Shown: positions 17,057 to 25,333, counted from the first letter of the stretch. The stretch is DNA of 28,099 nt from an archaeon (GCA_030616665.1 JAUWWX010000001.1:1-28099); one strand, 5' to 3'. Notes: generated by a model from the letters alone, not told the origin. Numbers and translations are program-made.

Positions 17057-18058
17057 TCAAGCAAGCTCATCAAACGCATATTCCCCAAGCTTTTTTTCCC
17101 CGAGCGCAATCATTGCCTCAACCTGATTGACAATCGGCTGCTTGAACAAGCTGCTGTCATCAAACGCAATTCTCGGGCAGTCAGTGCAGACAATTGCCTC
17201 AACGTCAACGCCTGCAACATAGTCCGGCTTTACGAAATCGCTCACAAAAACAAAGACCTTTTTCCCCTGCCTCTCAAAGCCCTTTCTAAGCCTTTCTGCA
17301 AGCGGCATCCTCTGCTGCCCCCTCTTTGTGCTAACCCATATTCCAATGCTCTTTGCCTGCTTAACCTTTTCAATCATCGCAATCCTTTTCCGCAGAAACA
17401 AGTCCCTCTGCTGCAAAATTTCTTTCACTTCCTTCTGCACTGGATCCAAAACAAAAACAGGCCTTTTAACAGCAAAACCTAAACCCAAAGGGTGAAACAA
17501 GCCATCTCCAACAAATGCCACTGCCTCAACCTTTCCTTCAACCCCTTTCACGCTGCTGTAATTGCAGCCAACTACCTGGCCTCTTTCAACACCTTTGCCC
17601 TTTCCAACAAATGCCTCAAATCCCTTTCCATTCAATTCTTGTTCGAGCATTGCAAGATGCTTCTTAAACTGAATTGTAGCACACAAGGCAATTCTCTTAC
17701 TCCCCTTTTTCTTCAATTCAGCTGCGAGCCTGCCAGCCAGCAGTGAAATAGCTTTTCCATCTGCCTTGCACTCAACCGGAACATAAATGGTCTCAATCGC
17801 ATGCCCTTCAACAAACTGTGAATGCCCAAAGTGCAGTAGCATGTCAGCGCCCAATGCCTTTGCTTCCATGTCCTTGACATCGCATGCCCCAAAGCAGGGT
17901 TGCACAAAGGCAAACGCCTTTGCGTCTGCATTATCCTCAATTGTTGCAATTATCTCCGGCAGCCTTGCCTTCAGGCCCTCTGGAACCTGCAACGCAACAT
18001 TTTTTGCCTTCCTTCTCTTTATCTCCTTCAGGGCACTGTCCAAATCAAATTGCAGCAT
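17057..18058 (-). CDS. dph2: 2-(3-amino-3-carboxypropyl)histidine synthase (diphthamide biosynthesis Dph2)
   Basis: ALQVPEGLK, PCFGACD, HFGHS, GQVVGC, GDGLFH and CTDCPRI; all three Fe-S-ligating Cys positions are present. Confidence 0.93.
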   Translation of the reverse strand: MLQFDLDSALKEIKRRKAKNVALQVPEGLKARLPEIIATIEDNADAKAFAFVQPCFGACDVKDMEAKALGADMLLHFGHSQFVEGHAIETIYVPVECKADGKAISLLAGRLAAELKKKGSKRIALCATIQFKKHLAMLEQELNGKGFEAFVGKGKGVERGQVVGCNYSSVKGVEGKVEAVAFVGDGLFHPLGLGFAVKRPVFVLDPVQKEVKEILQQRDLFLRKRIAMIEKVKQAKSIGIWVSTKRGQQRMPLAERLRKGFERQGKKVFVFVSDFVKPDYVAGVDVEAIVCTDCPRIAFDDSSLFKQPIVNQVEAMIALGEKKLGEYAFDELA

Positions 18059-18090
18059 AAAAAACTCTTTCCAGAAAAAGGGTATTAAAG

Positions 18091-20664
18091 CTATTCCTTT
18101 GGCGCCATGCCCAAAATAAGCTTCTTTTCTTCTAAGAGAACTGTGTCCCTAACCGTTTCAACAGCATCAATGTTTGCTGAAATGCTGTCAATTCCATACC
18201 TTACCAAATGCTTTACCATAGCAGGCTTGCTCCCTGCCTGCCCGCAAATGCTTGTCAAAACGCCTTTCTTCCTGCATTTCTTTATTACGTGCCTAATGCT
18301 TCTCAAAACAGCTGGATGCAGTTCTGTGAACAACTTTTGTATGTTCTCATTATTCCTGTCAATTCCCAGGGTAAGCTGCGTTAAGTCATTTGTGCCAAAC
18401 GAAATGAAGTCAATGCCTTCCCCAAGAATCTCGTCAATAGCCCAGACAGCTGCAGGCGTTTCCACCATGACGCCAAACTGTGTCTTTTTGCATGGCTGCA
18501 TGCCAACCTCTTCTGCAATCTCCTTTGCCCTTCTCACTTCCTCGGCGCTTTGCACAAAGGGCAGCATCACGCCAACGTTGTCAAGCCCTTCGTCGTGCAG
18601 TTCCTTTACTGCCCTGAACTGCGCTTTGAGCATCTCGGGCTCGTCCAAATCCCTTCTAATGCCGTGCCATCCAAGCATTGGGTTGTCCTCTTCCGGTTCT
18701 TTGTCCCCCCCTTCCAAGCCTCTAAACTCGTCTGTCCTCGCATCAAATGTCCTGTACCATACAGGCTTTCCCTTGAAGAGTAATGCAACTCGTTTGATTC
18801 CCTCTTTTACAACCTGCGTCAGTTCATCTGCTTTTCCCTGCCTGATGAACTCAGCTGGGTGCTTTCCGGCTGAGGTAACCATGTGCTCTGCCCTCAGCAA
18901 GCCAACACCGTCGGCTTTGGTTTTTGCAGCAGGCTCTGCGGCATCAGGCAATGCAACGTTTACCTTTACCTTTGGCGAAACTTTTCTAAGCAAATCAACG
19001 ATTTTTTCCTCTTCCTGTTCAAGCTCTTCTTTTGGCATTTCCTCCGCTTTTTTCTCACCATACTCTTCAACGATTTCTTTCGCTTCCTCGGCTGCCTTTT
19101 CTGCTATCTCCTGCCTTTCCTCTTCCACCCTTTCCTTAAACTCTTCCTCGGGTGAAACCTTCTCAACAGCAGGCTTTTCCTCTTTCCCTTTTTCCTCTTT
19201 AACCTCTTCTTCCAAAACCTTTTCAATTTTGTCAACATCTGCTGTCTTTACCACTTCCACTATTTCATCCTTCGGCTTCTCAACCTCAACCTTGCCCTTA
19301 TAAACAAGCCCGTCATAGCCATCAACTGTTACCTCGTCTCCGTTCTCCAAAACCTCGCTTGCTTTCTCTGTTCCAACCACGCAGGGAATTCCAAGCTCCC
19401 TGCTTACTATTGCTGCATGGCAGGTTACACCGCCCTCGTCTGTTATTATGCCCCTGCTTTTCTTCATTGTCGGAACCCAGTCCGGGCTAGTCATTGGCGC
19501 AACCAAGATGTCTCCCTTCTGCACCTTTTCAATCTGTGCAACGTTTCTTACCACCTTAACTCTTCCACTAGCAACGCCTGGGCTAGCGGCCAGCCCATTC
19601 AAGACAACCTTGTCTTTCAATGCCTCAAGCTGCTTCCGCCTTTCCTCCTTGCTTGCCCCCTTTCCCTTCAAGCCAAGCGTTGTTATGGGCCTGCTTTGAA
19701 CTATGAACAGCTCCTTGTTTTCAATCGCCCACTCTATATCCTGAGGCTCCTTGTAATGTAGTTCAACCTGCTTGCCAAGCTTTGCAATCTGTATAATGGT
19801 TTTGTCGTCAATCTTCTGCTTTCTTGCCATTGCCCCACTCATCTTTTCCCTCACATTCTCTTTGCCTTTCCTCACAATCTTAAAGTCCTGCTCGTGAATC
19901 TTCTTTTCCAAAATCTTGAAGTTTCCTTTGTCCACAACATAAGTATCTGGCGTAATGCTCCCTGAGACAATCGCTTCCCCCAAGCCAAAGCCTGCCTCGA
20001 TAACTATCTTGGTTTCATCGCCGGTTGGCTCAGCGGTAAACATTACGCCGCTTGTCTGCCCATTAACCATCTTTTGTACAACAACAGCAATTCCAACCTG
20101 TTCTGTTCCAAAGCCCTGCTTTTTTCTGTAATAGACTGCCCTTGCCGTGAAGAGGGAGGCCCAGCATTTCTGCACCGCTTTTACAAGGGTTTCCCTGCCC
20201 TTGACATTCAAGAACGTTTCCTGCTGGCCAGCAAAACTCGCAGTTGGAAGATCCTCCGCCGTTGCGCTGCTTCTCACGGCAACAAATTCCTCCTCCGAGC
20301 TTGTAAGCCAGGCAAGCTTTCTCTCCCCAAGCTGCCCGTAAGCCCTCTTTACTTCGTTTACAAGTTCCTCTGACATCGGCGTTGCGAGAATCAAGTCCCT
20401 GACTTCCTCGCTTACCTTTGCGAGCTGCTTGGTATCCTCAACGTTGATTGCGTCAATCTTTTTTACTACCCTGTTTTTTATGCCTGTTTCGTCCAAGTAC
20501 CTAAAATAGGCCTGCGCCGTTACCACAAAGCCCGGTGGCACAGGAAAGTTGTGGTTTGCCATTTCTCCCAGAGAAGCGCCTTTTCCTCCAACGCTGGGAA
20601 TGTCTTTTATCCTTATTTCCCTGAACCAGAGGATGTTTGGGGCCTCCATGCCGTAATCTTCCAT
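18091..20664 (-). CDS. ppsA: Phosphoenolpyruvate synthase (pyruvate, water dikinase) with an approximately 95-aa Glu/Lys-rich insertion
   Basis: VGGKGASLGE, VAVRSSATAEDL..ASFAGQQET, DIEWA...QSRPIT, phospho-His GGVTCHAAIVSRE, GVGLLRAE, NPMLGWHGIR, SFGTNDLTQ, SICGQA. Confidence 0.95.
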   Translation of the reverse strand: MEDYGMEAPNILWFREIRIKDIPSVGGKGASLGEMANHNFPVPPGFVVTAQAYFRYLDETGIKNRVVKKIDAINVEDTKQLAKVSEEVRDLILATPMSEELVNEVKRAYGQLGERKLAWLTSSEEEFVAVRSSATAEDLPTASFAGQQETFLNVKGRETLVKAVQKCWASLFTARAVYYRKKQGFGTEQVGIAVVVQKMVNGQTSGVMFTAEPTGDETKIVIEAGFGLGEAIVSGSITPDTYVVDKGNFKILEKKIHEQDFKIVRKGKENVREKMSGAMARKQKIDDKTIIQIAKLGKQVELHYKEPQDIEWAIENKELFIVQSRPITTLGLKGKGASKEERRKQLEALKDKVVLNGLAASPGVASGRVKVVRNVAQIEKVQKGDILVAPMTSPDWVPTMKKSRGIITDEGGVTCHAAIVSRELGIPCVVGTEKASEVLENGDEVTVDGYDGLVYKGKVEVEKPKDEIVEVVKTADVDKIEKVLEEEVKEEKGKEEKPAVEKVSPEEEFKERVEEERQEIAEKAAEEAKEIVEEYGEKKAEEMPKEELEQEEEKIVDLLRKVSPKVKVNVALPDAAEPAAKTKADGVGLLRAEHMVTSAGKHPAEFIRQGKADELTQVVKEGIKRVALLFKGKPVWYRTFDARTDEFRGLEGGDKEPEEDNPMLGWHGIRRDLDEPEMLKAQFRAVKELHDEGLDNVGVMLPFVQSAEEVRRAKEIAEEVGMQPCKKTQFGVMVETPAAVWAIDEILGEGIDFISFGTNDLTQLTLGIDRNNENIQKLFTELHPAVLRSIRHVIKKCRKKGVLTSICGQAGSKPAMVKHLVRYGIDSISANIDAVETVRDTVLLEEKKLILGMAPKE

Positions 20665-20858
20665 CTTAACCCATTAGAAAAAGGCGTTTTTGTTTAATAA
20701 GGTTTCTTCTTTTGGAAAAGGAACTTTCATTAACAATTAAAACCTAGACCAGCCTAAAAATATATGCAATCAAGCCTGCCCAATACGCTTCTAAAAGAAG
20801 AATAAGAATAATTCGAAAGAGGAAAAAATAAATACTCCTTAAGCCCTTACTTTTCCTT

Positions 20859-21221
20859 ATGAGGCGCTTTCAAACCACTCCGCGAAAAAAGCTTGCTGGA
20901 ATGCTTATCCTGTTCGTTTTCATTCCGCTGTTTCTTTTGTGGTATTTTATTTTCTTTTTGGGCAACAAGCCAGGGCTTGACACAATCATAATTCTTGCCT
21001 GCGTTGCAATTCTCGCAGCCTACTTTTATCTAAGGTACAAGCGGCAGATTGACGCGCTTGCAGCCGGCCAGCCAGCAGAAGAATTGCCTGAAGAGGCTGA
21101 AGAATTTGCTGAAGCGCAAGTTGATGAAGCTGAAGAATCTGTCGGCTCAGATAAATTTGATGAAGAGCCAGTTGAAGGTAATTCAGGTGAATTAGAAAAG
21201 CCTGTTCCAAAATCCAAATAA
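20859..21221 (+). CDS. Hypothetical 2-TM membrane protein with acidic C-terminal tail
   Basis: Two hydrophobic helices (LAGMLILFVFIPLFLLWYFIFFL; TIIILACVAILAAYFYL) followed by an approximately 50-aa Glu-rich tail. Confidence 0.65.
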   Translation: MRRFQTTPRKKLAGMLILFVFIPLFLLWYFIFFLGNKPGLDTIIILACVAILAAYFYLRYKRQIDALAAGQPAEELPEEAEEFAEAQVDEAEESVGSDKFDEEPVEGNSGELEKPVPKSK

Positions 21222-21234
21222 AAATTGCACAATT

Positions 21235-21990
21235 TTACTTCTTTTTCCCTTTCTTGCCTTCTTCCCTTTCCTCTTTGCCTTCTTCTTTCTTTTCGCCCTC
21301 GGCTTTCTCTCCCTTCTTTTCCTCTGCTTCCTTGCCTTCGCCTTCCTTCTCTCCCTCTTTGGCCTCGCCTTCTTTTGCCTCTTCTGCAACCTTCTTCTCA
21401 GCCTCTTTTTCCTTCTCTTCCTTAATAATGTCTCTTGTCTTCTTCGGCCTTGTTCCAATGCTTTCAACGTCTGTGCCAACCCTAATGCTTAGCTTTACTC
21501 CAATCAGGCTGTTTGCCCTCATCAAGGCCTTCTTCGCTGTCCCGACATCTTCTTTGTCAACCAAAACTGAGATTATTTTTTGGCCAGGCCTTACCCTTAT
21601 TGCCCTGCCAATGTTTTTGCCAAACGAGTGGCTCATTCCGCTGCTAACCCTGTCTGCTCCTGCTCCCTGAGCCTGTTTGTTCTCTCTCAAAACTTGGAAT
21701 GGGTATACCCTAATCTTCATAAAGTAGCCGTCCTTTCCAAGGTTCTTGTTCAAATACCTGTTTATTGCCATTCTCACGCTTTCAATTGCGTTGTCCCTTA
21801 TCTGGGCGTGCTCTTCCACTTTCAGGTCGAGCACGTGCGAAAACTGCTTCCTGCCGTTTCCCATGTTAAACTGCCTTGTCCTAATGCCTGGAATCGCACC
21901 AACAAAGCTTTTCCTGTGCACCTTGACAGCGTAACGCGAATATGCCCTGTCCTTTTTGCTGCTGTAGCAGTGCCCTGGCCTCAAACCCAT
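21235..21990 (-). CDS. rpl10e: 50S ribosomal protein L16/L10e (uL16) with 79-aa Glu/Lys tail
   Basis: MGLRPGHCY, QIRDNAIESVR...N, FMKIRVYPFQVLRENKQAQGAGADRVSSGMSHSFGK, AKKALMRA. ATG 21990. Confidence 0.95.
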   Translation of the reverse strand: MGLRPGHCYSSKKDRAYSRYAVKVHRKSFVGAIPGIRTRQFNMGNGRKQFSHVLDLKVEEHAQIRDNAIESVRMAINRYLNKNLGKDGYFMKIRVYPFQVLRENKQAQGAGADRVSSGMSHSFGKNIGRAIRVRPGQKIISVLVDKEDVGTAKKALMRANSLIGVKLSIRVGTDVESIGTRPKKTRDIIKEEKEKEAEKKVAEEAKEGEAKEGEKEGEGKEAEEKKGEKAEGEKKEEGKEEREEGKKGKKK

Positions 21991-22220
21991 TTTCAAATCA
22001 CTAAAAATTCCGTCTTCCAAAAATCTACAAAAAACAGGATTTTATGTCAACTGTTCTGTAGAAATTTGTTTGAAGAAAGGCTTTTTAAAGCTTGTTAATC
22101 ACTTAACCCCTTGGTGGAAAATAACCTGGTTGTCAGTTCCTTGAGGGAAATTTTTGACTTCAGCATTTTGGCGAACTTTGCCTAGGCTTGTAATTATTTA
22201 TTTTGCTTTTCCTGCCTTGC

Positions 22221-22592
22221 CTACAGCTGTTTTCTAATAGTGTCTCTCAGCTGCTTGTGAATCGGCTTCCTTAGCATGGTATTTACAACAAGCCGGACAT
22301 TTGCTTTGTTTTTGCCGCATGCCGCAATAATCATGCTTGCCGCAATGCTATTTTTTTGTGGGCCCCATTTCCTGTACATCCTCCTAATGTCGACCACCTT
22401 GGTTCTAATCCCCGCCGGAACATCTGATATAGTTGGCAGCACCCTTTTCCTTTTTTTTGGTTTAGTGCCTGTTTGCCCAGTTACCTTTATTATCCTGCTC
22501 ATAGTCGACTGCCTACCAATCTTTCCTCCAATAGCAGCCACACCCTTTGACCTAAGGGTCCGTGCATCAGATCTCTTGCGATTTCTTACCAC
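22221..22592 (-). CDS. Hypothetical small, very basic orphan protein
   Basis: 123-aa ORF with a GTG start, Lys/Arg-rich (KPKKRKR). TTTAAATA (minus strand, 22626-22633) lies upstream, just after the tRNA 3' end. Confidence 0.55.
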   Translation of the reverse strand: MVRNRKRSDARTLRSKGVAAIGGKIGRQSTMSRIIKVTGQTGTKPKKRKRVLPTISDVPAGIRTKVVDIRRMYRKWGPQKNSIAASMIIAACGKNKANVRLVVNTMLRKPIHKQLRDTIRKQL

Positions 22593-22647
22593 AATTGCTC
22601 ACAATAAAAAAATTGCCTTTTCTATTATTTAAATCTATCTACCGAAA

Positions 22648-22847
22648 AGCGGGGTGAGGGAGTTGAACCCTCTTCCTCGGCTCGCCGCAAGCCCGGCGGG
22701 TGCTGTGCCATCTTCGTGCCTTGCGGGCACTCGATGCCACGACCAGCGGGCTTTTCCGGTTGCGAAGCAACCGGTTCTTTTCGCAAACCTTTTCTTTCTA
22801 AGAAAAGGTTTCTGCAGGCCGGCGCATAACCGTTCTGCCAACCCCGC
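22648..22847 (-). tRNA. tRNA-Cys(GCA) with a 129-nt intron at the canonical 37/38 position
   Basis: Exon 1 (22847-22812) GCGGGGTTGGCAGAACGGTTATGCGCCGGCCTGCAG; exon 2 (22682-22648) AGCCGAGGAAGAGGGTTCAACTCCCTCACCCCGCT. It has a 7-bp acceptor stem, a 5-bp T-stem with TTCAACT loop, anticodon GCA, the U73 discriminator typical of Cys, and a BHB motif at the junctions. Confidence 0.92.
22683..22811 (-). other. BHB-type tRNA intron, multi-hairpin
   Basis: BHB: central helix C32-U33-G34-C35 pairs with intron GCGG; the bulges are A36-G37|A and C-G|A38. Internal stems: AAACCTTTTCTT/AAGAAAAGGTTT, CCGGTTGC/GCAACCGG, AAGCCCG/CGGGCTT and GTGCC/GGCAC. Confidence 0.85.
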
Positions 22848-22880
22848 TTTTCTTAACGATTAATTTTAGCTTGAAAATGC

Positions 22881-22888
22881 TTTTTATA
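22881..22888. promoter_or_regulatory. Possible shared bidirectional TATA box for tRNA-Cys (-) and thiI-like gene (+)
   Basis: TTTTTATA on + lies about 24-31 nt before ATG 22912. The same site reads TATAAAAA on -, about 34 nt before tRNA G1. Confidence 0.45.
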
Positions 22889-22911
22889 GCTTTGTTTACC
22901 AAAGTTAATTC

Positions 22912-23814
22912 ATGCCAGAACAGCAATGCCTGCTTGTAAAGACCGCTAGCGAGATTGCCCTGAAAAGCAATTTCGTAAGGCGGTTTTTCACAAAAAAGCT
23001 TGTGCAAAGCATAAAATTTGCGCTGAAAAGAAACAAGATTGAGTACAGTGCAATAACGAGGGGCGGTGGAAGGCTGTATGTTTTCTGCGGGAAGCTGAAA
23101 AAAGCCCAAAAGATTCTTTTCACTGTTTCAGGGATTCACGCGATTGCAGTAGCAGAGCAGAGCAAGCCAGCTGAATACAGGGAAATTGAATCCCAAACAC
23201 TTGCCTTTGCAAAAAAGCATCTCAAAAAAGGCGATAGCTTTGCGCTTGATGTAAGGGTTGCAGGCAACAAAAGCTTTTCAGCCAAGGACCTGGAGAACAA
23301 ATTGGGAGCAGCCATACAGAAGGCAATAGCTGGCCTGAGAGTCAATTTGTCAAACCCGGAAAAACAAATTTTTATTGAGATAAGGAAGAGCGACTTCTTC
23401 ATTTATGCTTCACAGCTAAAATGCCTTGGCGGCCTTCCCTTAGGTGTTGAAGGCGCGGTTGCCATGCTCTTTAGTGGAAAACAGGGTGAATTACCTGCAG
23501 CTTTTCTTTTAATGCATCGTGGTTGCAACGTCTTTCCAATTGTGGGGAAAAAGACAGCAGCCATTGAAAAGCATGTGGGGAAGCTTTTAGCATTCAACGA
23601 CTACAGGCGCTTTGTTTTGACGGAGGAAAAAGACTTGCCAGCGCTGATTAAGGAAAGAAAGATTCAGGCGATTGCAACGGCTGACAGCAAGCTTGACAAG
23701 AAAGCCCTTGCCAGCTACAAAAAATTTGACGCTTCGCAAAGCCTGGTTGTGCTGAGGCCATTGCTGTTGTATCCAGAGGAATCAAAAGTCAAATTGGAAA
23801 AATTTTTCGCTTAG
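22912..23814 (+). CDS. ThiI-like protein: THUMP domain plus degenerate PP-loop domain (probably catalytically inactive)
   Basis: SEIALKS..VRR.F...L, SF..DVR, VNLSNP...IFIEIR and GGLPLGVEG are ThiI hallmarks. The PP-loop SGGIDS is replaced by SGKQGE, and the protein is only 300 aa. Confidence 0.8.
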   Translation: MPEQQCLLVKTASEIALKSNFVRRFFTKKLVQSIKFALKRNKIEYSAITRGGGRLYVFCGKLKKAQKILFTVSGIHAIAVAEQSKPAEYREIESQTLAFAKKHLKKGDSFALDVRVAGNKSFSAKDLENKLGAAIQKAIAGLRVNLSNPEKQIFIEIRKSDFFIYASQLKCLGGLPLGVEGAVAMLFSGKQGELPAAFLLMHRGCNVFPIVGKKTAAIEKHVGKLLAFNDYRRFVLTEEKDLPALIKERKIQAIATADSKLDKKALASYKKFDASQSLVVLRPLLLYPEESKVKLEKFFA

Positions 23815-23827
23815 GAGTTGATTGTTT

Positions 23828-24670
23828 ATGGATTTGGTTGTAGTAGGTTATTTGTTGCACGACATTCTGGATGTGGGTGGCATAGTCCAAGAATGTTTGG
23901 GTGGTCCAGCTGCCTACACATCTTTGGCAGCAGCCAAGCTTGGATTGAAAACAGGAGTTGTTTCAAAGGCCGGTGAAGACTTTAGATACTTTCAGAACTT
24001 GAATAGGGTTGATTTGAAAGGCGTTTCAAAGCAGGCTTTGACAACTGTCTTCTTCAACACCTACAGAAAAGGTGAGAGAATTCAAAAGGTTGCAAACGTC
24101 GGTGAAAAAATTCTGCCAAAAGACATCCCCCCTGAGTACCTTAAAGCAAAAGCATTTCACCTTGGGCCTGTGTTCAACGAGCTTCCACTGGAAACAATGC
24201 GCTTCCTGAGAGAAAACACAAATGCATTTATTACCTTGGACCCGCAGGGCTTTTTGAGGAGGGACGATGGGGGACTTGTCCTCCCAAAAGAGCTTGACTT
24301 TGGACTGCTTGACTTCGTTGACCTTGTAAAGGTTTCGGAAAAGGACTGCAGCAAAGCAGACATTGAGAAAATGAAGGAAAAGTGTGAAGTAGTGATTGTG
24401 ACCAGGGGCAAGCAGGGCTCAACAGTCTTCTTCAAGGGAAAAAAGGCAGACATTCCATTCTTCAAGGCAGAAGGGGTTGTGGACGAGACAGGCGCAGGCG
24501 ACGTCTTCATGGCCGGCTTCATCAAGGAATTTCTTGCCTCCCAATATGTTGAGAAAAGCGCTTTGTTTGGCTCTGCAGCAGCAAGCTTTGCAGTAGAAGA
24601 CTTTGGAGTGAAAGGGATAAAGGGCAGTAAAGAGATTGAGGACAGATTAAAAAGCAGGATCAAAGACTAG
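23828..24670 (+). CDS. PfkB/ribokinase-family sugar kinase (candidate myo-inositol kinase)
   Basis: LGGPAAY, LDPQGFLR, VTRGKQGS and the DETGAGDVF PfkB signature. It converges on the inositol-lipid genes. Confidence 0.88.
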   Translation: MDLVVVGYLLHDILDVGGIVQECLGGPAAYTSLAAAKLGLKTGVVSKAGEDFRYFQNLNRVDLKGVSKQALTTVFFNTYRKGERIQKVANVGEKILPKDIPPEYLKAKAFHLGPVFNELPLETMRFLRENTNAFITLDPQGFLRRDDGGLVLPKELDFGLLDFVDLVKVSEKDCSKADIEKMKEKCEVVIVTRGKQGSTVFFKGKKADIPFFKAEGVVDETGAGDVFMAGFIKEFLASQYVEKSALFGSAAASFAVEDFGVKGIKGSKEIEDRLKSRIKD

Positions 24671-25284
24671 TTTACGATTGAGGCTTTTCTCGCAATCCAA
24701 ATCCTTTGCAATGCCGAGAAGTTTGTTAAGACAGCAAGCAACACAATTGCATAGCTGAGGTAAATCGGGTTGAAGGCAGCTGCAACAATGCCAATGAACA
24801 AGATGATTAGCCTTTCAGCTCTTTCAAGAATGCCGCCTTTGAGTTCATCACCATCTTTTACGATTTCCTTTTCCTTTGCTGCAGATTTTGCGTAAGTGGT
24901 CATCATTGCGCCAAAGAAGTACAAGAAAATCCAAGCCTTGATTGGCAGGAAAAAGCCGGTGCTTGGCAATGCCACAAACAGCAAAGCAAAAATAATCATT
25001 GCTTCAACATACCTGTCAACGATTGTGTCAAGGTATGTGCCGAACTTGCTTACCCTTCCAGTAACCCTGGCAACGCTTCCGTCAACCAGGTCAAGGAACG
25101 AAGCAATTATGAAAAGGCCTGCCGCTGTTAAGAAAAGGACTCTTGCAAGAAAGTAGGCAGCCAAAATTGCAGGAATCAGTGAAACAATCGTCCACTGGTT
25201 CGGAGTTAAGGGAATCTTTGAAAAAGAGATGCCAATCTTTACCGAAAGTCTTGAGAACTTCTCCCTGTTCCTGTAGAAAGTCAT
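24667..25284 (-). CDS. CDP-alcohol phosphatidyltransferase, probably archaetidylinositol phosphate synthase
   Basis: DLVDGSVARVTGRVSKFGTYLDTIVDRY matches DxxDGxxAR...GxxxDxxxD; also TPNQWT and ERAERL. It lies directly downstream of ino1. ATG 25284 has a GGGGGT SD. Confidence 0.88.
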   Translation of the reverse strand: MTFYRNREKFSRLSVKIGISFSKIPLTPNQWTIVSLIPAILAAYFLARVLFLTAAGLFIIASFLDLVDGSVARVTGRVSKFGTYLDTIVDRYVEAMIIFALLFVALPSTGFFLPIKAWIFLYFFGAMMTTYAKSAAKEKEIVKDGDELKGGILERAERLIILFIGIVAAAFNPIYLSYAIVLLAVLTNFSALQRIWIARKASIVN

Positions 25285-25333
25285 TAAACCCCCGCTTATT
25301 TCCTTAATAAAAATAAATAAAAGGAAAGGCTCT

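Noticed and set aside
18107-19303. 398-aa plus-strand ORF antisense to ppsA
   Set aside because: Its Ser/Phe-rich composition is the mirror image of the Glu/Lys codons on the coding strand. It has no motifs and is a shadow ORF.
21192-21479. 95-aa extremely Arg/Lys-rich minus-strand ORF (protamine-like) overlapping the uL16 tail
   Set aside because: It is an alternative frame of the purine-rich GAA/AAG low-complexity tail of rpl10e, with no independent promoter or SD.
21254-22098. 138-aa and 172-aa plus-strand ORFs opposite rpl10e
   Set aside because: Antisense shadows of a conserved ribosomal protein gene, with no recognisable features.
22079-22220. Possible gene remnant or read-through downstream of the 22221-22592 orphan
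   Set aside because: The only open stretches are about 23-32 codons, and read-through of the TAG adds just 8 residues, so nothing is supportable.
22635-22863. Short ORFs called on both strands over the tRNA locus
   Set aside because: The region is fully explained by tRNA-Cys and its intron. The 129-nt intron is too short to encode a homing endonuclease.
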